Positions 31,101-44,000 of a stretch of 64,000 bases of DNA are shown piece by piece (within the stretch, counting starts at the first letter, position 1; each line of letters starts with the position of its first letter). Source of the DNA: Phoronis australis (lineage: Eukaryota; Animalia; Phoronida); contig NMRA01000171.1 in NCBI GenBank assembly GCA_002633005.1, forward strand, positions 310,001 to 374,000, written 5' to 3'. The notes below the pieces were generated by a model, which saw only the letters and a program-made list of their open reading frames with translations, searched no databases and was not told the DNA's origin. The translations under genes were made by a program, and so were the position numbers.

Positions 31101-34100
31101 TGATCACTTCTTCAAAATTTCCTTTAGTAGTGAGCAAATTTAAATAGACATTACAGTTCTTCATGTGATACCATGTCTCCCTTGCAGACCGACACTGCCC
31201 GATTACATTTTGGACTTTGGTTATGTCGTCCTTGGGACCGTCCGTCGTCATGTGGTTCGTGCGACCAATACAGGCTCATTTCCAGTCTCCTTTTCCGCCG
31301 ATCACGAGTTTCTGTTCAACACTGGGTTCCACACTGAACTGGATAGGATCAAAGCTTTACCAGGAGCTCCTGATCACGAGACTGTCGACTTTGTGGTGAC
31401 CTTTGACCCCAGAGGAGCAAACCTCCCTTTAGGGCTAGTTGAGACTGGCATACCAATAAATGTAAGTCAGTGCTAGCATTGTCTGAGTCATTCATTCTTT
31501 CAGAACAAAAATTGGAATCGAGTTATAATCATGCTGTAACTTGTTTTCAGTGAAATTTTGATCAATATTATTCTTTTTCAATATTGCAATTTCATTTTTC
31601 TGGTTATAGTTTAAAATATTCTATGACTTAGAGTAGAATCTGATTTTACCGTTGAACATTTCATTTAAAAATAATTTGGTTTTTGTTTAGCTGCAGATGT
31701 AAAATTGAGAACAAAATTACTGTAATGGTTCGTCACATTCATTTTACACAGCATTCAAATTTCCAATCATGTTTGAAACTAAATATAAAAACCCATTTCT
31801 CACTAAAACCCTCCTCAGTTCTTTTCACCAGGATAAGTTTCCCATTTCTGGTTTTTAACCTTCTCCGTTCCCCACTCAGATTCTGATCTGTTGTTTTTAC
31901 TGGTCTGAATTTCCACTTCGTATTGTAGATCATCAATGGCCCTGTATTCAACTTGCGCCTGCGGGCAGTGGTCACCATGCCAGACATGGAGTCGTCCACA
32001 GACACTCTGGACTTTGACCAGGTCAAGTGTGGTGAGTGTAAGGTGATCACTATACAACTGTACAACCACAAGCATGTTGACTGTGAGTGGACGTCACTCG
32101 TACCCGAGTCGGAAAAGAAGAAGGTATGTCAGTCTCTCTATCTGCCTTGTGGCATATATGGACAGTTACATTCTCCCAAAAAGCTCCAATGCAGAAGTTA
32201 TTTGAGTTATTTTGAATTTAATTGACATGATGATTATTATAGTGTGTTTCATGTTGTTTATCTGGTTGAACTATCTGATCTTGAAGCTTTAACTTATGAA
32301 TCCACCTTTGACGTGGAAAACTAAATATTAAATAATTTGATTTAAACTACTTGTAAGTATCAAACTACAGCTCATAATTTCTACCTTGCTTATTTTGGAA
32401 CAATTTCTGGAATTGGCATGAAGTGAACGCTAAACAAAAGGTAGTCTGGGTTTATAGTAGTTTTAAGTTTTAATGTACTACATAATATTCAGAATCACTG
32501 TTTCAAGATAGTCTATGATTGATTAATGTTCTTCTATAACAACTATCTGATGGGATATTCACAAGACATAGTCTTCTTGGGGATTAAAAAAGCTTGTTCA
32601 TCTTGTTTCATTGCAGTTTCCAAGTGCTGATTATTAGCACTCAACATTCAAATGTTGGACACTAGTTCGTTCAATTAGATAAAACCTAAACGTAAGATAA
32701 CAACATTTTGCACTGTGTTTGTTGTCTTATTGTAAGAAACAATTGCTTGATTTGCATCTTCACAAGTTTCACAAACTCAAAACACTCTAGTGTGTTTTCC
32801 TGTTCTCAACAGAAGGTAGATAAACACGTACCGATGCACCTGCGTCGTAAGATGAAGCAAGAGAAGCCCAAGCCAAGCACGTTTGAAATGATGCCTCGCT
32901 CTGGCGAGCTCAAACCGGGTCAGAGGGTCAACGTGCAGGTCAAGTTCATGCCAACAGAGGAGGTAATGTCATGGTAACACTAGTAATAGCTTAACTGACT
33001 GGAACTTGCTAAATTATGAAGGTCAGCGAAAACTATAATCAACTTGATTTTTTACTGAACACGCTCTTAACTTAATTCACGTCTTAAAAACTATTGAAAA
33101 TGTCTGTATGTACCCTTGCATTTGTTTATAAAAATATGAAGTAAATGGACGTATCAGTGTTACTGCCAAAAAATGCATTTTTAGGATTATCGTTCGATGA
33201 AATAGACTTCTTGAGGTTATTTAAGGTTTGCTCAGTTATTAACAACAAAATCAATTCTCGTTATTAGCTGGTATCAAGGCTGCTGTCTTTACCATTTACA
33301 CCTGAAATACTTTGTTACTCTATGCGTGATATTTGACTCAGCGCATAACGTTCGGCTGCTGATGTGGAGATAGTAGGTTCACTTCCACGATAATTTTTCT
33401 TACAAAGAATGTCCCTTTAATGGTTTACAGCGATTATGACGTGCATACCGTTTTACTGACCAGCTGTGGACAGAACACTTTAAATGAAATCGCACACTGT
33501 AATGAAGTAATGAACTCCTAAACCCTCTGTTGGTAACATGTGTCTTGCTTTGACGCAGAAAGTGTTGCATTATTTGGTAATAGCATTAATTTTGTATTTA
33601 ATAGAATAGTCTATGTCAAAAGATACTGTTATGTAATTGCGAGCTCATTTAAGGCAACTTGATATAATAATGAACAAACTTATCGTACATTTCCAGAAAT
33701 ACTATGAACACCGCATCACTCTGCGCCTGTATCAGAGCAGCCAGAGGGTAGTTATCCTGGCACGGGGTGAAGGGCTGGAACCCAGGCTGGAGTTTGATCG
33801 TAACCTGGTTGAGTTTGGCCCTATCCTGCCTCACAGTAATGGGGATGAACAAGACGTCGTAGTGAGGAATCCGTGCAACTTCCCCATCGAGTTCTACAAC
33901 CTGGAATTTGATAAGACGTACTTAGAAGAAGAGAAGGTAGTGTTTGAATGTGTGTAGAAATCGTAGTCCCAGAGAATGCTAATCTTCATTTGTCCATCCT
34001 TTCCTGGATTTGGAAATTAAGTTACGCTGCATTCTTTGGTAGTCTGCTGTGTTTGATATTGAATTATTTTTTAAGATCTTAATTTATTTTGTATTAGCAT

Positions 34101-37100
34101 TCCACTTCATTTAATACCAGAACAAATTCGTTTTCATGAGAACGTGACAAAGAATCCGATCATTCTGTCAGTGATAATATTTGGTTGTACTTGCTATCTG
34201 CTGCCAGTCAGAATTATATCACAATCCGTATCTCTTCATTGATCTGCCATTAGTTAAGTGCAAATGGTTAACATTTCCTTGTATTTTTTTCATGTTTATT
34301 ATTTCTCTGGATTTCTGTCGAAATGTTTAATCATGTTTCGTTAGATTTTTGTCTTATGTTCATTATTTTCTTGAATTTTGGTCAAACGCTTGTTCTTGGA
34401 TTGTCATCAAATGTGTATCCCTTGTATTTTCTTCGTATTTAACATTTGCTCAACTTTTCATTACTGTGTTGTTACAGATCATGAGACTGATGAGAGGTTA
34501 TGATGAACATCACACACTGCTGCTGCCACCTAGGTTGCCGGGAGAGAAACTACCCCAGGAATTGCTTGATTACTATGAAGGTAATTATTTGTTATTCAAT
34601 TGTGTTATCAACTGTTTAATAAGTGACGCTGTTTATCAGTATTTTTTCGTACAATCATGGTTGCTTTTGAAATTGTCTACAAATCATGTTGGAAGCAGTA
34701 TGAGTTTCAGAGATAATCAAAAACAGTAATTGCACCATTACCTTATTGTTTCTCTGTAAATTGTTACTTCATTTGACTTCGAGTGAACTTTGAACTCGCG
34801 AAGTAACCAAAGTTACTGTAACATTTTGTTTCCATTCCCATTTTGCTGTTTTTGTTAGGAGCTGCGGGGAAATCATGGTCATTGACTGTGGACTGATACT
34901 GTGCTTCAACTACTTGGATGTAGTGAACTGACAGAATGTAGTTGTTGTGAAGAAGATTCAGATGTATAAGTAGTTTCTCTATAGCAAACTCAGCCTAGGA
35001 AAGCCCAGGGGGAAATACATGTTGGGCATTATGTAAACACTACATGTTTTGAACTGTTTGTTTTTGTTTTGCAAAGCTCAAGTGAAGAAGGTGGAAGAAG
35101 CTGAAAAGGCAAAACGTGAGAAAGAGGCTGAGGAGGCAGCAGCTGCGGCCGCAGCCGCTGCTGAAGCAGCCGCAGCCCAAGGTGTGTACATTGTCTGATT
35201 GATGGTGTGTGGTCGGTGTGTGACTGCGGGTGTATGGTCAGTGTGACTGTTGGTTCATGGTCAGTGTGACTGTTGGTGCGTGGTCAGTGGGACTGTTGGG
35301 TCATATGACCGTGTCTTTTAGTGAAAATCCATAAAAACAAAGGTATAACAAAAACAACGGTATCAAGACCAAGCTTTGATCAACACCTAATATTGAAGAT
35401 GCTGTTACAGTTTTCTAAATTGTCCTTTCTTTTTAGTTTTATTGCATCTTGAGAGTTTTTTCACAAAAATAATAATTTGTGTTAGCTCTCGTGCAGAAGT
35501 GGATTGTTACAAAAACAAGGTTATTCTTGGAGAACACTGCATAAGGCATAGTACGAGAAAGTTTCATATCAGTCCAATCAGTCATTTCTGAGGAATGGTG
35601 TTCCAAAGTTAGTCATATTTGGACATTGTTTTTAGAGTTCTATGTAACTTTAAGATATAAGACTGAAAGACTTGTTAATGAAATACACGCAGATTTGTTG
35701 AAAGACATGAACTTTTGGCCTCTGAGTTTTTGATGTCACGGTACCATACAATAATTTGTTTTCTAATAGCTGAAGCGGGGGAAGAGGGCAGTGAGAAAGA
35801 GGCCGACGAGACTAAGTCACCGCGAGTGACTGAACCTCAAGTTGTCATCAAAGAGCCATCCAACATTATATTGAAGGTGCCATCTGAAGTGCAGCGTGTT
35901 GATGAGGAGGACAAGGACAAGGAAGTTGATGAAGGTAAATAGGACACCACACTGACAGTTTATCTAGCAAGTTTGAGCTTTACGGAAAAGTTTTCCTTTA
36001 CTGTATTCATTTTAACCAAGCAATGAATCAATGTTGCCATGTTTTCTGGTATTTGAAATTGTACAAAAATGTTTAATAATTTTTATCATAACACATTTAC
36101 ATAATTTATGTAAAAGGTGTACAGATGTAGTATCTTATCTAAGAGGAGACCAGAAGAGACCGCAAAGACACAAAAAAAATTAATCGATCTAAAAATAATC
36201 CCTGCAGTGCTGCTAGTATCAGTTCTGTTTATTAACATTGGCTAAACTGTAGATAGTACCTTTAAGTTTTTGTTTAATATTATTTAACAAAATTCTAGTT
36301 AAACCATTCTTTCCAACTGATTTGAATCGGGTGAGGTGAGGGCTTTTGCTTATTTTTGACTCGATTGTTCAACTTAAGGTAACTACCTAGGAATGAGCAA
36401 ACACTGGAAGTGATATAAACCAAAAGATTATCATGTTTTCCAGCTTGACAAGGACCTATCAGTAAATCTCATTCTCTACTTTGATACGAGATAAGATCTG
36501 TCCAGATATTTCACTTCATGATGTCTCTAAATGTTGTAGAAAAACTGAGAGATTCTGCTACATCTGGTGGTGTAGGTGAACTTGAAATCACTCCCATCTC
36601 GGCGGCGATTGCAAGGCACCTGGGCATTGACCTCAGTAAGGATGGGAAAGCTGCGAGAAACCGACGTGGAATTGCTATTGTTGTACATGGTCCTCCCATG
36701 TCAGGTAGGTTATATAGTGTTGTACATGGTCCTCCCATGTCAGGTGGGTTATATAGTGTTGCTATTGTTGTACATGGTCCTCCCATGTCAGGTGGGTTAT
36801 ATAGTGTTGCTGCTAATTTGTGTTTTAACTAAACCTTTTTACTCGTAGAATGGGAAGTGATCTGTGCAATGAATTGTGGGAACTAAGGTGTTTTGCCTCT
36901 AGATAAGTTTCTTCCATGCTGTCTTCTTCAACTTGTCAAATGTGTACGGTGGCTTTGTTATTTTGCTAAATGGAGAGAAAATGAAAGTGATCTAGTATAA
37001 AGAAATGAACAAGCTTTGTAGCTTGACAGAAAACCTGCTAAGTAAATATTTTGGTGTGCATGCAAAATTTTTGCTCGTCTTTAAAAAGCTAAATATTTTC

Positions 37101-40100
37101 ACTATCCTTTGAACAGTATTCTGTTATTAAAATTTATACGACTTATTACTTTTATCCTTCACTCACCTACAACTTTAATGATGTGCTTAATCTGAAGAGA
37201 GCTGGACTAGGATCAAAATAATTAAGCGTAAAACTGCTGTAATGACATAATGCTATCATTGAGTCTGCGCACCCGAGCAGGAGTGTTGTGCTTCGACAAT
37301 TCTTAGTCACCTTTTCATTTTCTAGGCAAAAGTTCAACAGCTGTCAATCTGGCCAAGAAGTATGAGGCAGCCCTGTTGACAATAGATGGCGTTGTACTAG
37401 AAGCCATCTCCAATGGCAGCACACCAGGAGGTCTGCGAGCTCGTGAGTTGTGCTCAGAAGCAGCACACAGGAAGGCGGAGGAGTCGAAGATGGATGGAGA
37501 GGAGGTGGTAGACAAGAAGGGTCCAGGGGGTCTTAGTGTGGAGGCGGTGGCGGCGCACACTGCTCAAGGAGGTGAGTTGTTTGTGTGCACCTTGTTGGTA
37601 TTTCAAGTATTAACGGCGGTAGAAGGGTTGACATGTGCAGGAGATTCCTTACTTGTCTACAGCTCTAGTGATTTTTTTAATAATATTTTGCACTATCTTT
37701 TCATCTCGATGATGATTTTTGATTACAATTTTCCGTATTATAGTAAAAAAGTGAAATTTGCTGTGCCGTTATTAGGAAAAAGCAAAACGGTGTTGGGGAA
37801 TTAGTTCAACAAAACTGTGCCAAGATGTTTGCATGAAAAAGACTAAAAGAGGCACTGGTTATTGTTCAAACACCATGAATTAGTTGAACCAAATATTGGG
37901 ATTGTGTGATTCTCATTCCAACGATTTTTGTAAACTCAGGTGGGGAGTTGTTTGATGATTGGGCTTATTTGGTTTTCTCTAAATTGATTGAGTTAATTGG
38001 TATTAAAGGACGATCATCTGGCAGGGATCATGTTGGTCTGAAAAAAAAGGAATCTGAGCGAATACGACGCTTACCCAGTCCTTCGCGCTTAAGTGGGTAC
38101 CGTGCAGACATAATGTTCATGTTATGTTCATTGTTTTGTTTGTTAGCTCATGACACCACTATAGTGTGGTATTTTGTGTATTACTACAACACTGATGTTT
38201 GCTTTGTTCAGTTGTTAGTTTTACACTTTACTATAAAGCTTACAGCATTTGTTTTAAACTGAGTCAGAGATATTTCATTCAAATGCCAGTCATTTTTGAC
38301 AAGTGAATGTTTTTAACGTAAAGCTGCATTTCACCCTGGTTACACACCAAATAAAACAAAAGGCCTTTTACTTCATAAAATCGGTCTCGTAACATTCCTT
38401 ACCATGATAGGATTCTATTTCCGTTACCAACAACAATATTGAAATCATCGGTTACTCGAGTGAAAAATAATTAAGCAGCCTTGCACAGCCCTAGAATTGT
38501 AAATCTGAAAATGGCACATGTACCCATGGCGTGTGACATCAGTTGCAAGCTCATTCGGCAGCAATTCAAGATTGCATGTGTGTGGTAATGTTTTCAACCC
38601 CAAGCACTTAGATTAAGAGTTCAACAGCTGGTACAATGCTGCTTCAATGTTACATTTGTTGATCATAAATTGGCATGTTCTTATGGAGAATGCTTTTCAT
38701 AGTTTCATTTCATTGCATACACTCCATCTATTGGCATCAATATGACATTGTGCTGTTGCATTCTTTCAAATTTGTTGAAATTTGCTTTTAGACATCCACG
38801 CTGTCCATAGTGCTGTCAAGAAAATATCGACAAGTACTTTTGGTTTATTGTGCTCAATTTTCTTTTTTACTTATTGTTGTGTTATGAATGGCTGTGTCAG
38901 GGCTTTGTTCTTGTAAACTTGTAAGTAGTTAGTGTCTGGTGCTAACAATGCCTTTGAAGCTGGATGTTATTGATTGCATTCTGTTCTATCATTTTTCACT
39001 ATAGGCCATAGTGGTAAGTTGACTAGACGTTCTTAGACTAGCACTTTCTTAAACATAGAGCTAACTATTAAGTACTAAGTAGAACATTGTCTTTAGAATG
39101 TCTTTGCTTCTCTTCCACCCCCCTTACCTTACCTCGAGTCTCCTTTACCCCCTGTGCCTCACCTCCCCTTGCTGACCCTCTCCTCCTGTCTTCCAGTTTT
39201 TTCCCTCACTCCCCTCTTTATTTAGCTTGTCATTTAGTCCTTTGAGCTAAGTGTTGTTCTCATCATCTGTCATTTTCTGCGCTGCATGTGTTTGTCTGTA
39301 GATTACCAGTGTCTGCTTGACTCTACTTATTTCTGTCTTGTTGTGGCTTTTTAGAATTCATGGATGCTAGTGGATTCCTACAGCTTGATGTTACTTTGTG
39401 ATTTAACACTGAAAACTGGCTTATAGTGTGACTGTGATTATGAATCATTGTAGTGATGCACCTTCAGTGTAGAAAATTAAATCCTTCACCACGAAGATTG
39501 AGTATAGGTGGTACGTAGTGGGCTGTGTAGAACATGCTTTGGGGGGTTGTAATATTGCTTGGCTGCATTAGGACCAATGCATATGGAGAACTATTAGCTG
39601 ATCCATCTGCCTCAAGTGAACAATCTGAGCTGACAGGTCACATCAAAGTAAGAACAGTTGAATGAACTTGTGGCTATAACATTGCTGTCGTATTTTCACG
39701 CCTTGACATGAGCTGTCAGTTCAGGTATCGTTCACTTGAGTGAGACAGCTTGTAGCCATCCATCTGTGGTGGTCTTATGCTCTGACTAATGTAGGAGACT
39801 GTGTGGAACTAATGTCAGTGTTATGCCAAATTAATGTGGTATATGATATTTGATTATTGGGCAGATAGTGTATCACTCCAAGTTTGTAATTGGATTATTA
39901 TCATTACGTAATTACCACTCAAATCTATGTCTGGGTTCTTATTAATTTGTCTTATGTGACCATCAAATATAGTTATCATATCCATAGGAAAAGTATTATA
40001 ATTGATTTCTGAATTTTTTGTTCCATGTGAGATTTGAACATTTGTAGTAACCATTTTATTTCTCATGAGTGATTTGTCCTTCTTTGTTGCCATTCATCTC

Positions 40101-41018
40101 AAATAGTTTTCATACTTAAGTAGTCAAAAATCATCATGTTTGATCAACTGTTCTTTCATCCATATAGTAAGACGTGTAACCCATAGTTTCTAAAACTAAA
40201 ATATGTTGTTTGTGGTTTGCTAGTGCAGTACACTCCAAAATAATCCAACAAAATAACCTGGAATTCCCCCATCATGGTGGCTGACTGTAAGTAGACGTCA
40301 CTGTCTGTAGCTAGAATGACACGTCATTATGAGTCATTACCTGTCGGGATAGAGAAATGGTATTTTGTCAGATTATTTTTGGTATGTAAAAGAGAAGTGT
40401 TGGAAATGAAAAAAGTTTTCTTTTAAAGCATGAATAATGTATCTATATGCTTTACAAATGAGCTGAACACTCATGGTAAAATGTATATTTTGGACTGTTT
40501 TCGTCAGGTTTTTCCCCTCATACTTATTTCAGTCGCTGTCACCGCTGGTTCAGTAGCTCAAAGCATGGTGTCCAACCGTAAGACAAGCACTGTTGCTGAT
40601 GCCAAAGTCAAGGACAAACACCATGCTGGCAGTATGGTTGGCGGCAAAACTGTTGTTGCGTCGTCTGCTGATGGGGCTACCAATAGTCAGGTAATTACCC
40701 ATGTTGCTATGACTAATCTTGATATTTGGTTCTCGTTGATTTTTATTTTTTGTTGTGCGCTACCCACCAGCTGTTGTTTGCTGAATACTCACACGCTGAT
40801 TACCATCTAGTGCAGTTCAATGGTAAGTAAAATTTCATCTTAAAATGGTGTTAAAAACTGTCAAATCTCTTCCTAAACTGTTCTGTTTCTCTTCGCATTC
40901 TTTACACTTTATCCTTTCTTCACGCACACAATGTTTGCACACGCACACAATGTGTGTGCATGCATACACATGCAGTCAAACATTGTGTACTCGTGCGCAC
41001 ATACACCCAAGCATGCAT

Positions 41019-41053
<35 letters not shown>

Positions 41054-44000
41054 GTGATAATATCTCGTGTCTTTTTGGTTCTGTTGTGTTCTTTTCTATG
41101 CTGTTCTTTCATGCTGTCTCTTTCTACCTTCTCACCCAGCCGCGTGCCGTTGTAAGCAAAGCTTTTCTGCACATCAAAAAGGACTCTGGACTTCCATTCC
41201 CTAAACAGCTGTCATCGCCCTCACATCCCAAACTGAGGGTAGGATTGCGTTGTCTCATCGAAAATTTATTGCAATTTCTTTTGTAAGCTTTGTTTTGTTG
41301 TAGGATGAAGATAGTGGAGTAGACAGTGTTTAATTGTATCCAGGCTGATTGTAGAAAGGTGTGGGACAATACTGACACAGTTTATTTAATTCCAGCTATC
41401 TCAGCTTCTTATTTTCAATTGAAAATTTTGATAGACCTCCAAGTCTTGATTGACAGGCTTCAACAAAATTCAACCTGTAGGAACAAAATTTTCAAGTTGG
41501 ATCTTGTCTCGTTTGTTTACTAAGTTTCTAATGTTATCTTATGACATGAAGAGTAATTTAATGTAGGTGTCTTGTATGTTGAAAACATTAAGTTCTGAAT
41601 AAAACTGAACTGTTTTCCACTCGATTTTCATTTCTTGCCATTTGCACTAGTGAAAATTATCATTGTAAAGCATTAGCTCTTGGTAGATAGTTATAACATT
41701 TCATCTCAGTTGTGATTAGTGTATGGCATGGAGTAGCTGTATTAGTTGATGTAATGTGTAGTCTAATTTAGGCTTCCGTTATTTGTTACTCTTGCTCTTA
41801 TACCCCACTTAGTACACTAGACATTCGTCTCTGAAGAACTACACAGACATGGCCAATAAAAAGGCGACTGACAAACAGCAGACGACTGGCTGTGAACCTC
41901 CCGCTGTCACTATAACAACCAACGAGTCTGAGGTTTACCTGATTTGTTGCCAATTCTGTGCACGCTTCACACTTTTTTATGTTGATTGTGCTTTGCCAGT
42001 ATGTCTAGTCATGATTCGTTCTATTATTTAGAGCACTCTGTCAGGTGAATTAATTTTATTTTGATATTGTTTTTAACATTTCTGTTATCATGGATATCAT
42101 TTCCTTCCAGAATTAGTTGGTCAGTTTTTTTGACAGCCATGTACTTGTTGTTGCTAACGTCACGAAGTCTCTTTGTAAGATTCAGTGATTAGAACTAGTT
42201 GTAGCTCCCATACTGAAGACATCATCAAGTGGTATTAGGATTTACAAGTTGTTGCAATAAGGTTGCTTTATTTGTAGATTGTAAGCATTCTGTGTTTCTA
42301 CGTCTGTTTAGTTTTAGATAATTTAGTGTTGTTTAGTGTTATCTGTTATTGCCATTCTTATCGGTTACGAGCTGACCCTATTTTCATTGTCAGTTATAAG
42401 CTGACCCTATTTGCATTGTCAGTTATAAGCTGACCCTATTTGCATCATATAATTGCTTTACCTTTCTCAGTCTTGCATCAGTTGATATAGCTCTGTTTGT
42501 TAGATTTGTTTGCAAATTGTCTCCTACATCTTTGATGGTCTAGAGGTTGCGTGCTTTCTAATATTTATAAAAGAGGACAATAGTGTCTGTAAAATATGTT
42601 TATGGACGTTCCTTTATTTAGCTTAAGATAGAAAGTGTGTTTTGAGAATTGTGCAACATTAGACAAACCCTGCAAAAATAGAAATACTCATGGCCTAGTC
42701 AATCCTGTTTCAAAAATAGAAGTTCTTTAACAGTTTTGCAAGTCTTTGTTTACTGTAGAATGTCCTTTCAGTTATTGACCAAACATTGACATACTTGGAA
42801 GTCAATGCTAAAACTGTTACTTGTCATAAATACCAGCTGGTTTTATGACTTTAGTTTCAAAATTGCTGCTTCTTCTTGAAATTAGACCAATCATGTTGCA
42901 GCTAATAGAGATGATTTGAATGCTTTTTCTAAATGCCTATTTGTTGTTATCCGCAGGTGCCCAGTAGTCCTCCCCCATTGGCTGCACCCATCGCTCGTCG
43001 TCTGAGTGTCAGTGCCAGCGTGGCCGGTGAAGATGGCCTCATGAGTACAGTCTTGCCAGAGGAACTCCTGGTTGAAATCCTGGCGGAGAGACTACAGGTA
43101 TGATTGGTCGGTTAGAATTTAAATTTTGGAAATCCTGCAACTGTGATCCCATTGGTAGTTTTGTGTATTCTTTTAGTTTCTCTCAATGGAAACAATGTCG
43201 TAGTCAATGTGACTTTTATTACTGTGATGTGCTTATGATGCAGTGGAATAGTTGTGGCTCATGAACGCAATGATTACAAGATGGAATGGCTTTAACATCT
43301 CCTGTACTAAAGTTTTCAAAACAATTAAATTAGGTTTTCTTCAGCAGCATTTAAGGATAGTTCAATACTACATCAGCAGTCAACATGAATAATTTTTGAT
43401 TGGGAAATATTGACCGCTGATGAGTTTAAAACTTCATGACCTGTCCAAATGATATTATTAATATCCCATGTTTTTCTTTTAGCTGAGTGATTGCAGCCGT
43501 GGTGTTGTCTTTGATGGGCTTGAGTCCCTATTTTGCCAAAATATGTTCTCTGCCGCCAGTGTTGTGTTGAAGGCGTTCAACAACAGGAAGTTCATGTACT
43601 TTGTGGCAATGAAACTTGATTACGCTACGCTGAAAGAGAAGGAAAAGAAACAGCAAGAGGAAAAGGGTAAACACTGTGTGAATATATCAGTCGTGCTGTG
43701 TGAAAGTTATTTTGCAGTTGTTGTGTTATAAGCGAACAGGTGTTTTGTTAGTGGCTTGAGTGTTTTATGTGACGGATTGGACTTTAGCAAGACAGTGTTC
43801 TTTGCCAATCGGTGATTAGACATTGAAGGTAGAGTGTTATGTAATCTTACCCATGTTGCTGAAAAACGATATATTTGTCTAGTAGTCTGTTATTGCCATG
43901 TTGTGTATTGGAGATAGAGATAAATCTATCACAGTGAACAGTTAGTGCCCTAAATGCAGAGGTTTGTTAATTCGTGCAACCAGTGTTGAGTTACAAGTTA

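Noticed and set aside
33330-33395. tRNA-like A-box and B-box spacing (TGACTCAGCGC ... GGTTCACTTCC)
   Set aside because: No convincing cloverleaf; at most a decayed SINE head, too weak to call.
36444-36461. 18-nt unit cag|CTTGACAAGGACCTATCA|gtaaat
   Set aside because: Gives TGA in the required phase 1.
40845-41172. His/Thr- and Cys/Val-rich ORFs on both strands
   Set aside because: Translations of the (AC)n microsatellite region.
42111-42119. 9-nt unit cag|AATTAGTTG|gtcagt
   Set aside because: Contains an in-frame TAG in phase 0. It could be a poison microexon, but it also shows that such patterns arise by chance.
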